A stretch of 64,000 nt of DNA, taken from assembly GCA_001949185.1 (NCBI GenBank), contig BDGG01000005.1, positions 434,001-498,000 of the forward strand. Reading direction: 5' to 3'. Positions 36,080 to 52,478 of the stretch are shown piece by piece (within the stretch, counting starts at the first letter, position 1; the number at the start of each line of letters is the position of its first letter). This DNA is from Ramazzottius varieornatus. Taxonomy: Eukaryota; Animalia; Tardigrada. The translations under genes and the position numbers were made by a program. The notes beneath the pieces are model-generated. The model worked only from the letters and a program-made list of their open reading frames with translations. It did no database searches and was not told the DNA's origin.

Positions 36080-37848
36080 TGTGAGGCGCGAGGGAGGACC
36101 TTCCGCTGCTGCTACTCCAGACCGCAATCGCTGACTCGCGTGAGATTCCGGTAGTCTCCAATCAGATAACAAGACCCAGGTACGAAGGTCGCCGTTCCAG
36201 ATAGTATTGTATACGTGCCCAGGAAAAGGCGCTTCACATGCGGGGAGCTTCGTGTTGTCTCATTAGGATACTAGCTGTTGAATGTTTGTTGTTTTGGAAA
36301 GAGCTGTATCGCATATTGCGTTATTGACTCTTGGTTTTCGCACGTCTACTTCATCCTTTCTCGAAGCCATTGCGTGAGTGTTGAAAGTATGATCACAGGC
36401 TTTGAAACTGTTGCTTCTGTACAACTGCAGTGTGATTGACGTTCTCGCTTCCGTGTATCTCAACGGGTAGAAAATTGGAGCACAACAGTCGTCCATGGCG
36501 AAGAAGGCCGGCTTCCATGTGCTGAAGGCTTCAGGGTCCTTTTAAGACTGCGTGCCAGTGGACACATAGACTATACGATCTTGCATGCGAAATTATCATG
36601 GAGAGTCATGGTCGGTCAACTTCTAACTGAACTGAGATTCTAAATTTAGTTCCTCCGTGAGGCTGCCTCGCCGAACTTTGAAGTCAGTTTTGTGGCATGC
36701 TGTCCGTCAGTCCTTTGGCTTGCTGCGCACCAGCTGCGTTCGCGGTATGCCGTGCGGAAGTTCTCCCGTCTTCCTTTATGGGGCCGAGTTAGCAACCCAG
36801 GTGACAAAGACCTCAACCGATTTCAATCCCTTGGAATGAAGCACATGAAAAACTCGAATTAGCACGAGAACCTCGCTCCACGTACAAAGATTCCGCGAAC
36901 CTTCATGGTGACCATCGAAAAGTCTCAGTTTACAGCAATATGTTTTCCATCTATTCTAGGAGTGGGCCAGCTGGATGCAACGCCCCCTCTCGGTTAGTCG
37001 GCTACAGTTCGACTCCCCTCCTGCAACGCGTTTTTCAGCGGAAAAGTTGGCAATGAAGATACAACACGCACAAACTTCGCGGTTTCGCACTGACCTCTCT
37101 GATGTTGGCGCTATCTTCCTTGGATGTCTGAGCTAACTTTTTCGTTTCTTCTCGTAATTTTTCCGTCGGACGGTCGCATGTATACCGAAAACCGCGGACA
37201 CAAACCGAAAAACGAAAACACAAGCCCTAGAAAAGGATCTCTAGCAAAATATATACAGTGCGCAGCCAACTTCCTCGTTGTGCTCGTGGTCTCGTTGCGC
37301 AGAAATAAGCCACTTTGACCATTCATTCAGGTCAGAATGGATATGGAGAAATTGACATAGTTTTTCCATAGTACGGCGGGTTCTAAAAGAGGGAACAGCT
37401 CTTGCGTAAAGGTATAGAAGATTCAAGGTCTTCGAGGACTTTGGTCTGAACCTTGGACTGACTGGGTTGCTTGATTGTTGATTTGGAGAGACGCCGCGAA
37501 ATGGGATAACGGCAATCATGACACAGCAATTTTGACTTCGCCTTTCTTGCGTCGACTTCGACACTTCAAGTTCACGACACTTCGTTTTCCCTTTTCCATC
37601 TCTTTCCATCTTGTTGGCTACGATAAGTTTCCACCGCGAAGGATTCATCCTGTTCATCCTATCGGTTGCGGAGACAGCGCGCGGAAACGAGGAATCTGCG
37701 CAGAGTACATACTGGCTCAGGATCTTTGCTTGGAAACTTCGAGGTTGGTGTTGCTCTCGTGGACCGAACTGTGTGAGCCATTGTGCTCGTGTATTCCACT
37801 TTTTTGTCCCTGTAGTCAGAGAATCCAGCTTTACTTCTCCTTCCCATA

Positions 37849-40121
<2,273 letters not shown>

Positions 40122-40577
40122 CTCTGGACGGTCTCAGAAGTGGGAAGAAATTCCTTCCAGTTTTCTCCGTTTTTATGTATATTTATACTATGCTATGCGC
40201 GATACGATGAAACATACAGAATATTATGGTCTGCGGTCAAATACTGGTTTATAAAAGAGGATATTCGTTCTTCTGCGGTTCGGAATAAATAAACGACGTA
40301 AGGAAACCGCTCTGGACTTGCCACACATCAAATTTGTTTCTGACTTTCGAGTGGTATTCCCGCTGACCATACTCCTTGCAGTTCTTTGGTATCTGTTCGT
40401 TGTGCTGACTGTTATCGAAAGTTCCGCAGTATTAACGGGTGTTGTTGGGCGTGCCTGTTCAGCCAAGCAAAAAGGTCATTGCTTGTCTACGTTGCTTGGT
40501 CACTCTGTGTGGTGACGTACTTCCGGGGTGGACCAATATACTAACAACGAGTAAGATTCCGGCCTAATCGCCGCCAG

Positions 40578-40596
40578 CGAATCGGCAATTACCACG
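40578..40596 (+). promoter_or_regulatory. ERSE-like element (CGAAT-N9-CCACG) upstream of PDIA6
   Basis: CGAATcggcaattaCCACG is one mismatch from the ERSE consensus CCAAT-N9-CCACG and lies about 150 bp before the ATG of an ER chaperone. Confidence 0.5.
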
Positions 40597-40743
40597 AATC
40601 GGCACCGCCCCTTAGGTTAATTATTAGAAATATCGAATATTTTCCAGCTGACTTCGTGAGATTTCGGACGTAGGGAAGTTCAGTCTATCGGTGTTTCATT
40701 TGTACCTACACATCTCTCTTCATCCTTACCTCGGATTGGAATC

Positions 40744-42502
40744 ATGGATAGGATGAGACCCCAAGGTGTAATAATCGGAACGGTAGCCGGACTTTTGCTT
40801 CTGGCGAATGGAGCGCACGCGTTATACGACAGCAATTCCGCCGTCGTCGACTTGACTCCAGATAACTTTCAGAAAGTCATCAAAAGCGACAGCATCTGGA
40901 TCGTCGAATTTTTCGCCCCTTGGTAACTCATCGTCGAGCGAGTCTTCACTGTTTGAAACTCATACTCCTGTAGAAAGTTCGTCGTCGGGGAATAAGAAAT
41001 ATCAGTAGCTTCCGTCCACGTCTACGTTGGAGCGGATAGTTAACTTTAACGTCCGTTCTTTTTCTAGGTGCGGTCATTGCAAGGCTCTAGTTCCAGAGTA
41101 TGAGAAGGCAGCAAAAGCTTTGAAGGTAGGTTTGCAAAATTGCAGGGATGCGCTGGGTACCTCCCGGTTGTTATAGACACTTTTTCCGTGAATCGCTGTG
41201 ATGGAGCATGACGTCACGTTCGTGTACGTGGGACTGCGTCTCTGGATAGTGCTTGGAGCATGACGTCATATACTACCTTGGGCTTTACCGAATTTCTTCG
41301 GTGTTCATTACTAGTGTGTCGCTATATGCGACTGTTTTGTTTTCGTGTGTGAATGGTATGATATGATAACTTCTTTGCAGGGTTTCGTGAAAGTGGGCGC
41401 TGTGAACGTTGACGACCATCGGTCCCTAGGAGCAGAGTACGGCGTGCAGGGTTTTCCCTCGATCAAGATCTTTGGCCTGGACAAGAAGAAGCCCGAGGAC
41501 TACAACGGTCCCCGCACCGCCGACGGACTTATCGATGGAGCCTTTAAAGCCATGAAATCCGCCGCACTCTCCCGCATCGGTAAGAAGTCCTCCAGTAGTT
41601 CCGACTCAAAGAGCGGCTCCGGAAACCAGAAGCCCCATGCGGAAACAGGTGGCGGCAAGGACGTTATCACCCTCGATGACAGCAACTTCGAACAGCTCGT
41701 CCTGAACAGTGACGAACCCTGGCTGGTTGAGTTTTACGCACCATGGTGCGGTCACTGCAAGAGCCTCGCGCCAGAATGGGCAAAGGCAGCCACTGACTTG
41801 AAGGGAAGGATCAAGCTGGGAGCTTATGACGCTGATGCTCAAAAGTCTTTCGCCAGTCGTTATAACATTCGTGGGTTTCCTACCATCAAGTACTTCCCAG
41901 CTGGTAAGAAAGATTCCAGTGAAGTAGTGGACTATGATGGGGCGAGAAACGCCGAAGGAATCGTGGCCTGGGCTGGGGAGAGGGTAGCGGAGAACCTTCC
42001 AGCACCGGATGTGAAAGAACTGACCAGTAACGATGTCCTGACCGAAGCTTATGCCGAAGCGCCTCTCTGTATCGTAGCTGTTCTTCCCCACATTCTTGAT
42101 TGTCAATCGAAGTGTAGAAATGACTACCTGGCTTCGTTGAGAAAGTTGGCGGAGAAGTACAAGAAGAACAGATGGGGATGGCTGTGGACTGAGGCGGGTG
42201 CACACACCAACCTGGAAGAAGCCATTGGGTTGGGCGGGTTCGGGTATCCGGCCATGGCGGCTGTCAGTGCCAAGAAGTCAAAGTTTACCGTGTTGAAGGG
42301 ATCTTTCAGTTTTGATGGTATTAACGCCTTTTTGAGGGAGCTGGCCGCCGGAAGAGGCTCGACGGAACCCATTCGCGGAGGCAAGCTACCGGAACTTTCG
42401 AAGAGCGAACCGTGGGATGGAAAAGATGGCAAGCTTCCTGTGGAAGATGACTTGAATTTAGATGATATTGAGCTGGACCCTTTGACCAAGGATGAATTGT
42501 AA
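40744..42502 (+). CDS. PDIA6: Protein disulfide-isomerase A6 (P5), three exons
   Basis: Signal peptide, two APWCGHC thioredoxin sites, LPHILDCQS, GLGGFGYPAM, C-terminal KDEL. Confidence 0.96.
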
Positions 42503-44118
42503 ATTTTGAGCCACTGTTTTTCCTCACTTGTTTTTTTAATCTACCGATTCGTTACGCCTTCTTTTTTTCCAAGTAACCATGCTGAGTGAGTTACTGTTTG
42601 AACAATATTTATCATAAATCATGCACTATCTTTGTACCATATTTTCGACCGCTCGGGTTCTTGGAAGATGACCAGTGAAATATGCACTGAATCATCCGTT
42701 TATTGCGCTAGATTCGGTTGGAATTCCGTAAATTCTGTTAGAGTGAACAGTTCATAACGAGAAACCTAGGTGAGTTTTGTGTACATGCACACTGGGCGTA
42801 TTATGCCGTGTATATGACGTGTAGTGTGATATGTGTGAAATGTCTACCTGTGAACCCATAAAGGATTATGAACGGAAGTTGCCGTTCAACAGTCAGCAGA
42901 CAGCTCAAGATTACCAAAGAGAACTGAACAGCCTTATACGTTAAGTCTACGGAGGGAATACGCTGGCAGAGGCAGACGCCGAGTCAACACCGGTCTATTA
43001 GTCCGCAGCAATTTCCAGCGATACAAAGCGTCTTATACGCGATACAGACTAGCTCAGCTCTGTAGTCGTGACCGAGACGATCGTCGATCGAAATAATTAT
43101 GTGACGAGAGAACGTAGAGTAGCCACCCTATATAGCTCGTAGCCGTAGACGTATCCGCTCTACCATGCAGCTTCCTGCGCTGATCTTGCTACATGGCTAA
43201 CCGGCTTTCGGATTTATTACAACGACTTTGTCCAATCTGCTTCTCTTTATCCGTGTCTTACTGAATTACTAAACATCGGCGCCTTTCGTTCAGCTAACCC
43301 CGCAACGCCTTTGAAGGTCTGTCCAATATGTGACCGGAAATTCACCTAGACCGCTACAACCAGAATGTCTGTATTTTCAACCCAAACATTCCCGTTCTTT
43401 ATTCGGAACTCCGTTCCGCAGTATCGTGGCGTCGTATGATATCACCTCTAAAACGGATGTTATTTGATTGGGGAATTTCTCCATCATTCCACAGTAAGTA
43501 TGGGCACAATCGTCGCACTAGCGTAGCACGGTGATATCCGGGAAACCAAGTCCACGATCATTGTGCGTGTTACTGCGGCAGTTGTGCCTACCTACATGTG
43601 GCGCTCTTCCGCTTCTGGTCACCCCATATCTACGGGATGGTTATCTGCCGATCTCGAGGTGGAGGAGGATTAAAACCTCTGGGCGCTGCCCGTTCGGCTC
43701 TCGAGAACAGATACCTTCGGATTCGGTACCAGATAAGTACACGTGGTTTGCCTATCACAGCGAAATTACCGTAGTTTCAGAAAGGTTTCTTCCAATATCT
43801 TCTTCAAATGTTCGGCACAAGGAAGGACAATGTGCGAAAGTATTCTCATTCCGTCCCAATGATTATCTCCGGTTGATAAAAGGTTAACCTACTTCTGCAG
43901 AATACATATACATCTAAAACCGTACGGAGACACAACGCTCTGTATCGACAGTGAAAATCGTAAGACTACACCGCACGCAAACAGCTTGTTGTGTAAGCCG
44001 ATTAACTCATTTTCTACTCGGAATACTGTGTTGTTGCATTCCCAGTACGATTACGCCCCCCGATCTACCGAAGATTCCGGCCGAGTCCGTCGATCGTGAG
44101 TCTGTGGGCTGGTGAAAA

Positions 44119-46418
44119 ATGAAGAACTCGTGGATGTCCTCTGTCTGCCTGATCCTGGGACTAGTGGGGAACTTTGTGGACTGCAGAGCGAACTTTCTCC
44201 TGGGAAGATACCTCGGGAGTCGACGCGGTGCCCCTCCGCATTCAGCAAAACTTCTTCGGTACGCGTCAAGTATCGTCTATTTCTCGGCAGTGGAAAATGA
44301 TTGACTTCTCTTGAGTTCCTGTTCTTAATACACAACGACCAATATTTTATTCTGTGTCTAACTTCTAACAGGGATTTTCCGGATCGGTATTTCCTGCAAC
44401 AACTTGATCATTTCAACGAGGCCGACCTGAGAACATGGTCACAGGTAATTCGCCTTACCGTTACAAAATGAAACGTAGTAGTACGTACAGCTGTGCGCTG
44501 TATGTTTCGATACAATTCATTCAAGAGCTTTACTGTGCATGAAGCGGTTCTGGGACAACGATCAATTCTACAAGTCCGGAGGACCCGTTTTTGTCATGAT
44601 TGGAGGTGAGGGACCCGAGAACCCCATATGGATGGCGCAGGGACAGTGGGTAAACTGGGCCAAACAGTTCCACGCCTTGTGCCTTATGCTGGAACACCGC
44701 TTCTACGGAAATAGCCATCCAACCAAGTTCGTATTAGTCCAGAGCAAGAAAGCTAGTTCAGTGTACCAGGCTGAAGTCAGTTTTGTAGGGACTTGTCCGT
44801 CAAGAACCTCAAGTACCTGAGCAGCAAACAAGCTCTGGCGGATCTGGCAAACTTCGTGACAAAACAGATGGAGAATCGAAATATTACCAACTCGAAAGTG
44901 ATCGTCTTTGGAGGCTCATACCCTGGAGCTCTTTCTGCCTGGTTCCGGTCAAAATACCCCCACATCGTTCATGCGGCGATCTCCTCCAGTGCGCCACTGG
45001 TGGCGCAAGAAAACTTCTCAGGTATTATATCCAGGCATTACCTACTGCCAGTTGAACTTTCCAGACACTGCGAGCTTTCTAAGAAGTCACCGCTGACTAT
45101 GCAAGTTTCTTGAAAATGCTGACTTGTCGGTCAATGATTGATGAAGTGCGGTGCTACGCCAGTCTACCGTCGCAGCTTTTTCCACCAAGTTAGTCGGGTT
45201 TCTCAACGTGGCGCCACCTTGTGAGGAGCCCTATATGCGACAAATTTGGGATTCCCACGATGTTGCACCAATATCTATGGGCTGCGATGCTATTATGGGT
45301 TTTCTGTCACGTTACAGAGTACGCTGTGGTGGTGAAGAAATCCCTGGCCAGATTCAGTCCGTTGTGCGTGGACAATGTTCAGGCTGCTAACATCGAGTTG
45401 GAAACGGCCCTGAAAAGTCAAGACTCTGCAGCTCGGCTGAAAAACTTGTTTCAACTATGCAGTCCTGTGGATGTTTCGAACAAGAAAGACCTCCAAAATC
45501 TGGTGGAGTCATTAACGGGGAATTTCGAGGATATTGTGCAGTACAACCGAGATAATCGCCGGTCCCCAACGAATAATATCACCATCGACTCCCTATGTGA
45601 GCTTATAATGGACGAGACGGCAGATTCGGCTCTGGAACGATACGCTCGGGTTAACAAACTCTTGCTGAACGCTACGGATCAACCGTGTCTGAACCACACG
45701 TATACTTCCTTTCTGGATTCCATAGGAGAAACCAAATGGACCAACGAAAGCAGCGCTGGAGGTAGCGTTATGAACGTTTGAGCAATTGGCGGATCAATCG
45801 CCGTGATCTTCACGCACCTGCATACTCAGATATCACCATAAATGTGCCAAGACCTGTATGCAGGTACAGGGAAAAACCGGCTTATTCCGCTCTAGAACCT
45901 CTCATTTGTTGCGTTTGTGTTTTTCGTAACGAGTGTTCGTGCTGCTCAGGACGGCAATGGACTTACCAGACCTGCACCGAATTCGGCTACTACCAAACCT
46001 CCGATGCCTGCGACCACCCATTCGCACGCATGTTCCCTTTGAAGTTCTTCGTGGACCAGTGTCAAGATCTCTTTGGCCTGAACGAAACGGTAATCCAAAA
46101 CGGCATCGCAGAAACAAATAGGTACTACGGCAAGCGAGACCTTGACATCAGCAGAGTGGTCTTCGTGAATGGAGACATCGATCCATGGCATGTCCTAGGC
46201 ATAACAAAACGACATGGCCATGAAGCTCCCGCCATCCTGATAGAAGGTACACTGGAAACCTACAATCCCATCGGTAGAGTGTCTTCCGAACCCAGGTCTT
46301 GTTATCCTCGATAGGTGCTGCACATTGTGCGGACATGTATCCATCACGGGAAGAAGATATTCCGGAACTGAAGTTGGCTCGGGTTGTCATTGAGTTTTTC
46401 CTGCGGAAATGGACTTGA
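44119..46418 (+). CDS. Peptidase S28 family serine carboxypeptidase (PRSS16-like), multi-exon
   Basis: Signal peptide, QQLDHFN, MIGGEG, LEHRFYGNSHP, FGGSYPG (Ser), QWTYQTCTEFGYYQT, NGDIDPWH (Asp), AHCADM (His). Confidence 0.93.
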
Positions 46419-46611
46419 ACTTTCCAATGAATGTTATGTCAATACTTTCGCCGGGTCTTTTCACGACAACCACCATACAGTATACCCAACTAGATGGAAC
46501 TTAAAATTCCTCTTATCACAGAAAGGCAAATTGTAATTACTACTTCAGAAAAGATTCTGGAAAACCTTCAAACACGATACAAAACAAAATATAACACAAA
46601 CTGAACAATTC

Positions 46612-49600
46612 TCATCTTTGACCAAATAACTTTTTACTCTTGAGATTAGGCTTGGAGATTGGTACAGGCCGAGGAGTGAGGAGGTCAATCTCCTCAATGT
46701 GAGCAATGGGAGGATGCGTCCTGATTTCTGGAAGAGCTGGTAGAGCAGGTGTGGCCGGTGTCTGCGAGGCCGTGGATGTGAGCAGCTGCATCTCAGACTG
46801 TTCATGGTTGAGTTCTAGCTCTTTGCGAGGAGCTTCGCGTTGTTTCGTACTTCTATCAAAGATGACCGTGTACAGATGCTCGACCACAATCAGGGTTGCC
46901 GCAGTCAAAAGGCACAATGATAGGGTTATGAACCCGTAACGATACGATCCTGTTTGGTCCTTCAAGTAACCGATGAACGGCGGTCCGCTTAGAAAAGCTG
47001 TAACCCAAGCACCATTCACACAATTTATCACTTTTTTGGTAACGAGTTTTCGGACACTAGTTACTTCTTAGAACAAAATTTTGTCGGATCATGAGCTTTG
47101 ACGAAATCTGGGCGTCGTCAAATGGTTACAACCAAGTCGTTTTCCCAAGTGGCGCAAGTTCCCAACCATTGACTATGAAAAGATGCGCCACCTGAAATAA
47201 CATTCAGGGTGAAATTATCCGCCGACGTCCAGCTATCTAAATTTTCTTATCTGTTTCATTTTATACTTCTCCTGGTTTTTTTACCACATAGGCAGAGACT
47301 ACTAAAAAGGTCCAACTCACCGGCTCCTTGGAATGCGATGACAGAGCCCAACGCTGAGCTCAGCCTCTCAATGCCGAAAAAGTCCACACATATCACAGCG
47401 ACAAGTGAGATGTACGCGCCGGAAGTTGCTCCCAGGAAGGCCGAGTACACTGCCAATCCTGTGTAATCCGACACGAAGATCACCAGGAAGTTGCATATCG
47501 ACGCGCCATACACCGCTCCACAGAAGCCCCACTTTCGATGAAACAACTTGAGGTCCGAGAACCAGCCGAAGCCGATCCGCGCAAAGATGTCGGCTATGCC
47601 AATAATCGCCACCAACTCTGCCCCTTGGCTCTTCTGATACCCCAAGTCGACCGTATGAGCAGGCAGAATCAGAAAGATGTTCATGTAGGCAAACGTTGAT
47701 AACATGACGGCTAAAGCATAGGTGATGAAAAGTCTAACACGGAACAACGTCAGATCGAACAACGGTGGCTGGCCTTCTTTTCTCTTGAACCGGTCACGAA
47801 ACCTTTGCCAGAAAGGCGGTCTTCTGTTCCTACGACCGGAAGTGGTTGCAGGCTGCTTCTGTTTCAGGCGGGTTTCGTCAGGCATAGACTGCGCCGACTT
47901 TTTTCTCTCGTCTTTATTGACTGCTGTTTCGAGAAACGAGGAAGGGGTGTCTTCACCGTAGAGTGAGTTCAGCCCGTTACTTCGGGCGGAAGCGGGTGCA
48001 CTGAAGGCTTTCAGGAGGTTTCCATCTGCCTCGACGTTTCCAGCACCTGCCTGAAGTCGTGCAGCCTTCAGCAATCTCATCCGTTCTTGAGATCGGAGGA
48101 TCTGGAGGTGGACTGCAATGGGTCGAAGAAGTGCTCCCGCTACGCAGACGTGTAACGCGATGGCTCCGCCGATCAGTATCGCGCCGGAGATGGAGTAGGT
48201 CTCAAGTAAATACAGCATCAGGTAAGGCACTGAAAAATACAATGAGCTGGAATTCAGTGTGGTAAAGTATGCGCAGAGATACAGTATAACCATAAAATGG
48301 CGAAAGATCGTTGCTCATCCTCAGCCTTTTTGTTCTGAGTTTTCGTATGCCTTGCACCCTTCTACGGGTCGAAATTTGCCACTCGCTTTATATGCATTGT
48401 ATTTGGTCATTTTCTTCGGTATCGCCTAGGCATTAATCGGCTGTCAGCTTTCCAGACTTATTCATGACGAAAATCAGAAATATTTGGCAAATGTCTAGAA
48501 GAATTATTCTAGGTATGTTTGCATGATTTTGGTTACAGAACATTGACGTTCAACGAACCTGTCATGGACCCAATGGCGGCTCCCGATAAGGAAATGCCAT
48601 TGGCCAGGGCACGTCGTTTATCAAAGTATGTTCCCACACAAACAACCGAAGGCGTATATGCTAACCCAGATCCCAGTCCTGAAATAGGCAACCCTTTAAT
48701 TAAGAGGCCAGGAGTAAGTTAACATTTATACAGCACACAACCACGTCATACAGAGCATAATTACACCGTACCGCTAAGGCATCCGTATGAAATGTAGAAA
48801 AACGTCAGGCTTTGTGCAAAGTAACTCAGGGCTATTCCCAGGCCAAGAAAGAAACCACCGAGCATCACCACCGAACGTTGCGAGAAGGCATTCGATAATA
48901 CGGTCGACAAGGGAGCTGTAAAAAAGAAAAACGCAGTTGTAAACCCGATATCCGTTCTGCCGTGAAGGCAATCTGCAGTCTTACCGAACCAAGTACTGCA
49001 AACCAGAAACAACGAGTAGATCCATGAGACTTCGTAATTCGAAGCTCCATATTCCACCCGCAGTTGCACAAACAGTATTCCAAACGACTTTATCAGCCCC
49101 ACGTTCACAACATGCATCAGGAAGCAACCAAAAACAACCACCTATAAGAACAATATTGGTTTATTACACAGGTATTTTCGACCTAACCAAACATACTCGA
49201 CAAGATCGTTTTTTCCAAGTGGCGCATACTTCCAGCCAAAAAGACTGAAAACGTGCGCCACATGGGAAAACAATCGTGTCGAGTTCCTTTGCCGAGCTCC
49301 CATTCCACTTCACGTACATAAAATATACAAGATTATTTCCCGATGTAATTCGAGACATTGTGAAACTTGTAAGCTCCGCTCCGTACATTAGAAAGGAATT
49401 TCAAGAAGTTCTATACCCAGCCATATCCGCGATCAAGGACTTCGGACTTGACATTGTCCTGCAGTGCGGGTTCGAGGATGACAGCTTCCGGTGACAGCTC
49501 CTGGCTGCCGGTTGGAAGTTCCGTGACCTCATGGATGTGTTCGTCCTCGGGTATTTCTGCAATATCAGAGACCTGCTTGGGTATCTGAGGGTTTCTGACC

Positions 49601-49653
49601 CTGAGCACCATGCCATCCGGAAGGCGACTTGGTCCGGCACTTGAATCCGTCAT
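46612..49653 (-). CDS. Monocarboxylate transporter family (SLC16) MFS protein, copy 1
   Basis: DRGYGW|VVVFGCF, YFDKRRALANGISLSG, large cytoplasmic loop, ARIGFGWFSD, DFFGIERLSSALG, GPPFIGYLKDQTGSY. Confidence 0.9.
47125..47205. mobile_element. MITE family A copy (SLC16 copy 1 intron)
   Basis: GTCGTTTTCCCAAGTGGCGCAAGTT..GATGCGCCACCTGAAA. Confidence 0.65.
49185..49302. mobile_element. MITE family A copy (SLC16 copy 1 intron)
   Basis: CTCGACAAGATCGTTTTTTCCAAGTGGCGCATAC..AAACGTGCGCCACATGGGAAAACAATCGTGTCGAG..TTTGCCGAGCTCCC. Confidence 0.8.
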
Positions 49654-52478
49654 CCCACCCGAGACCCCGCTGTGAACAAATGGAAAAGTTAGCCTTTACC
49701 GTGGCATGCATCGTTAGCTTCAATCCAGCTGCTTGCTGATTTGATGCCAGTCTCGAAGGGACGATGATCATTAAAAAGATTATCTTGGAGAACCAACCTG
49801 TTAGACGACACTTAACTCCTTCACGTCCATCGATATCCACAACAGCCCAGCAGCCTGCTTCCTCACTTGCTTCTACTTCTGGCATCCACAAACCTTTCCG
49901 GCAGGCAACCCAGTCCGAGGCCAGAGACGTCACTGCAATAGAAATCAATTTAGTCCCCTGTAATAGTATCATCATGTTCCTTATCGATAACGATACTCCA
50001 GATAAGCCCGGTGTAACACCCTGCTTCTTTGCAACATGCACCTTCCCGCATGTCGCGTGTCGGAAACCAACTATAAAAACGTGCGAGGTTACACAGTTGT
50101 ACGACGCCAGAGAAAGAAAGCCCCATTCCTCAACACGCAACACAAAGCTCAGTGACGTCATGCATCAAGCAGGTGGTAACCCATTTTACACCACCGCGAT
50201 GACGTCATGCGCCACCTATTCAGTACATGACTGAAAATGCCAAATTATCCACCAAGAGCCTCGAAGCCGTAACTTCCCGGGTCTTCCCAGAAAATTTGCA
50301 CACGGTTCAAAACGAGAAGGTTCAGTCGATGATTGGCAGTGCAGGAGGGAGCCAGAACTGTCAGTACATCGGGCTAAACCCTAGTCGAGACGATGAGATG
50401 AAGACTGCAGCTGCACGTTTCCCATCGATCAGATTAAATTCTCAGGCTTAATGGAGCGCAAGATCAAACCACAAATTTTATCTTACAAAAAAATCACGAT
50501 TCTACTTTCGATGTCTTCGATCTCCTAACTGTTGATTTACTCTACAGCCACTAGCAAGAGGCCAGCAATAATCGAACTGCCATGTGCACTCAAAAGTCTC
50601 GAGGTGCTGATGGCGATTCGATTGCGGCGGAAAAATATCAATCCACTTGAAACTGCTGTGCTCAGTCGTCTTGGTAGCCTCTGGCCTTTTTGGACATGAA
50701 GAAGCAGAGCAAGAACGATGTCACATATCCGAAGAATTTCACCAGAATCATAACCTTACCCTGAAATTTAGTGTTGCGTTGACAGCCCAATTGAGCATCG
50801 AAATGATTTCTTCTTATGTAATCCGGCGGTATTTCCAAGCCACATCCCGTTGCAGCGGTAAGACAATGATACTGACAACGGTGTCGGTAAATCGCGGTGG
50901 AGGTGTTGAAGCGGGGATAATAATACGCAACAAAAGCCAACAAAGGCTATCGTAAATTCGCACTTAGCTAATCTGGCGTTAGTGAACACCGCCAACGTGA
51001 TATGTTAGTGAGACGGGCACAAGTAGCAGGCATGCCGCATGAGTGTTTCTCCGCAAAACACTGGCAGGTAAAAATAATCGGTCTAATAATCGATACACTG
51101 CCGCGAAGTCTGCGCAATCTCCAAAGGGGGAACCGGGAACAGTGCGATATACAGCTGACTGAGCAGTGAGCACAACTTCCTAGAAAGAATGGCAACTAAT
51201 TTTCACAGGTGAAAACCGTGGAAATCCAGGTAAAGACTGGTAGGCTTGAAATCAAGTAAACAAAGCGCAGTGCGACATGACGTTGACAATTTTGCGGTAC
51301 AATGGCGACCATCTTACTACACCTGTGTTATACTGTATGACGTCGGATGGTATGTAATATGACATAGCACGCCAAATAGCGGAGTGAAACAACAGAATCC
51401 ACACAAAGGTTTACCGAAGAAGAAAGATCGACTCTAACGGGAATCTCATGTCTCGTTCAACGATCACTTTTGGACTGCTCAACCGAGAGGAGGCCTGTCG
51501 TAAAACACTAAAATCCGCGGCCGTCTGCTGGTGGGGTGGTGGTATTTCCGGTTAGCGTTTACATTTTGACTGACATGTACAACAGCTACAGCTTCATCGA
51601 TTATTCGATATCCTTGTTTCTTGTTCGGTGTAGCCGAGTTGCTAAATTTGGAGACAGTGCCACTCATATCATTCATCCTCGGTCTTATCAGGGAGATTAT
51701 AGTGTGAAAGCGATCCTCCCAGAGGTTCTCTTGGGACTGTCTATGAACCTGACGCCTCCGACGAAATCCGCCGTCCTCCGACGTCGTTCCCGGTTACTGC
51801 TATGTACTTAACTCTCCCGCGGAATCAGACAGGCACATGACTACGGGAATGGCAAAGTTCGCATGATTATGCTGATAGCTCTCCCCTACAACGGAAACAA
51901 CTCCGGCCGGAAAGGAAATTTGCAATTCACTTAATATAGAACACGTACGCATTCCCGATATCCCATACGTTGCTTGCAATTGGTCACGAGTCTCACGAGC
52001 ATCTTGTCAGAGAGAGTACTCGCATGCAGAACATGAAAGACCAACTTATTGCATCGTGGAAAAACGCATTGGCCAAATGAATGTTGTACAATGTGCACTG
52101 AATAGTTTACGCTGAGTAAATATTCATGAAAAGATCGTACTACATTGCCACGTACAGCCTGCCAGAGCTGACATATGCAGGCTCAAGGGAAGGATGAATT
52201 TCAAATGTGGCTGCACTTCTTCAAATCCCAAACCACCCAACCTTGTCGTTGTACGCGATTGTTTTATCGCTAATGGAAAGAGAATGGAGCATGGCGATAT
52301 CGCGAAGACGCGAACAGCATCACAAGTCTAAACGAAAGCTTTCCTTCAATCAAGACTCAAGGACCCAGAAGTGTCTAACAACTTAGCAGTAGGAGTACAA
52401 AATACTCCACCACCCACAGGGTGTAACCAAATTAATGGAAGATTCAAAACAATAACGGAGAAGGAGTATTTGAAAAAG

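Noticed and set aside
36955-37025. tRNA-like A/B boxes (TGGGCCAGCTGG..GTTCGACTCC)
   Set aside because: The T-stem and anticodon arm do not pair and no cloverleaf forms. At most a decayed relic; tRNAscan-SE would settle it.
42600-44100. Hidden gene or ncRNA between PDIA6 and the S28 peptidase
   Set aside because: Only short ORFs without motifs and no recognisable RNA family. A lncRNA cannot be excluded without expression data.
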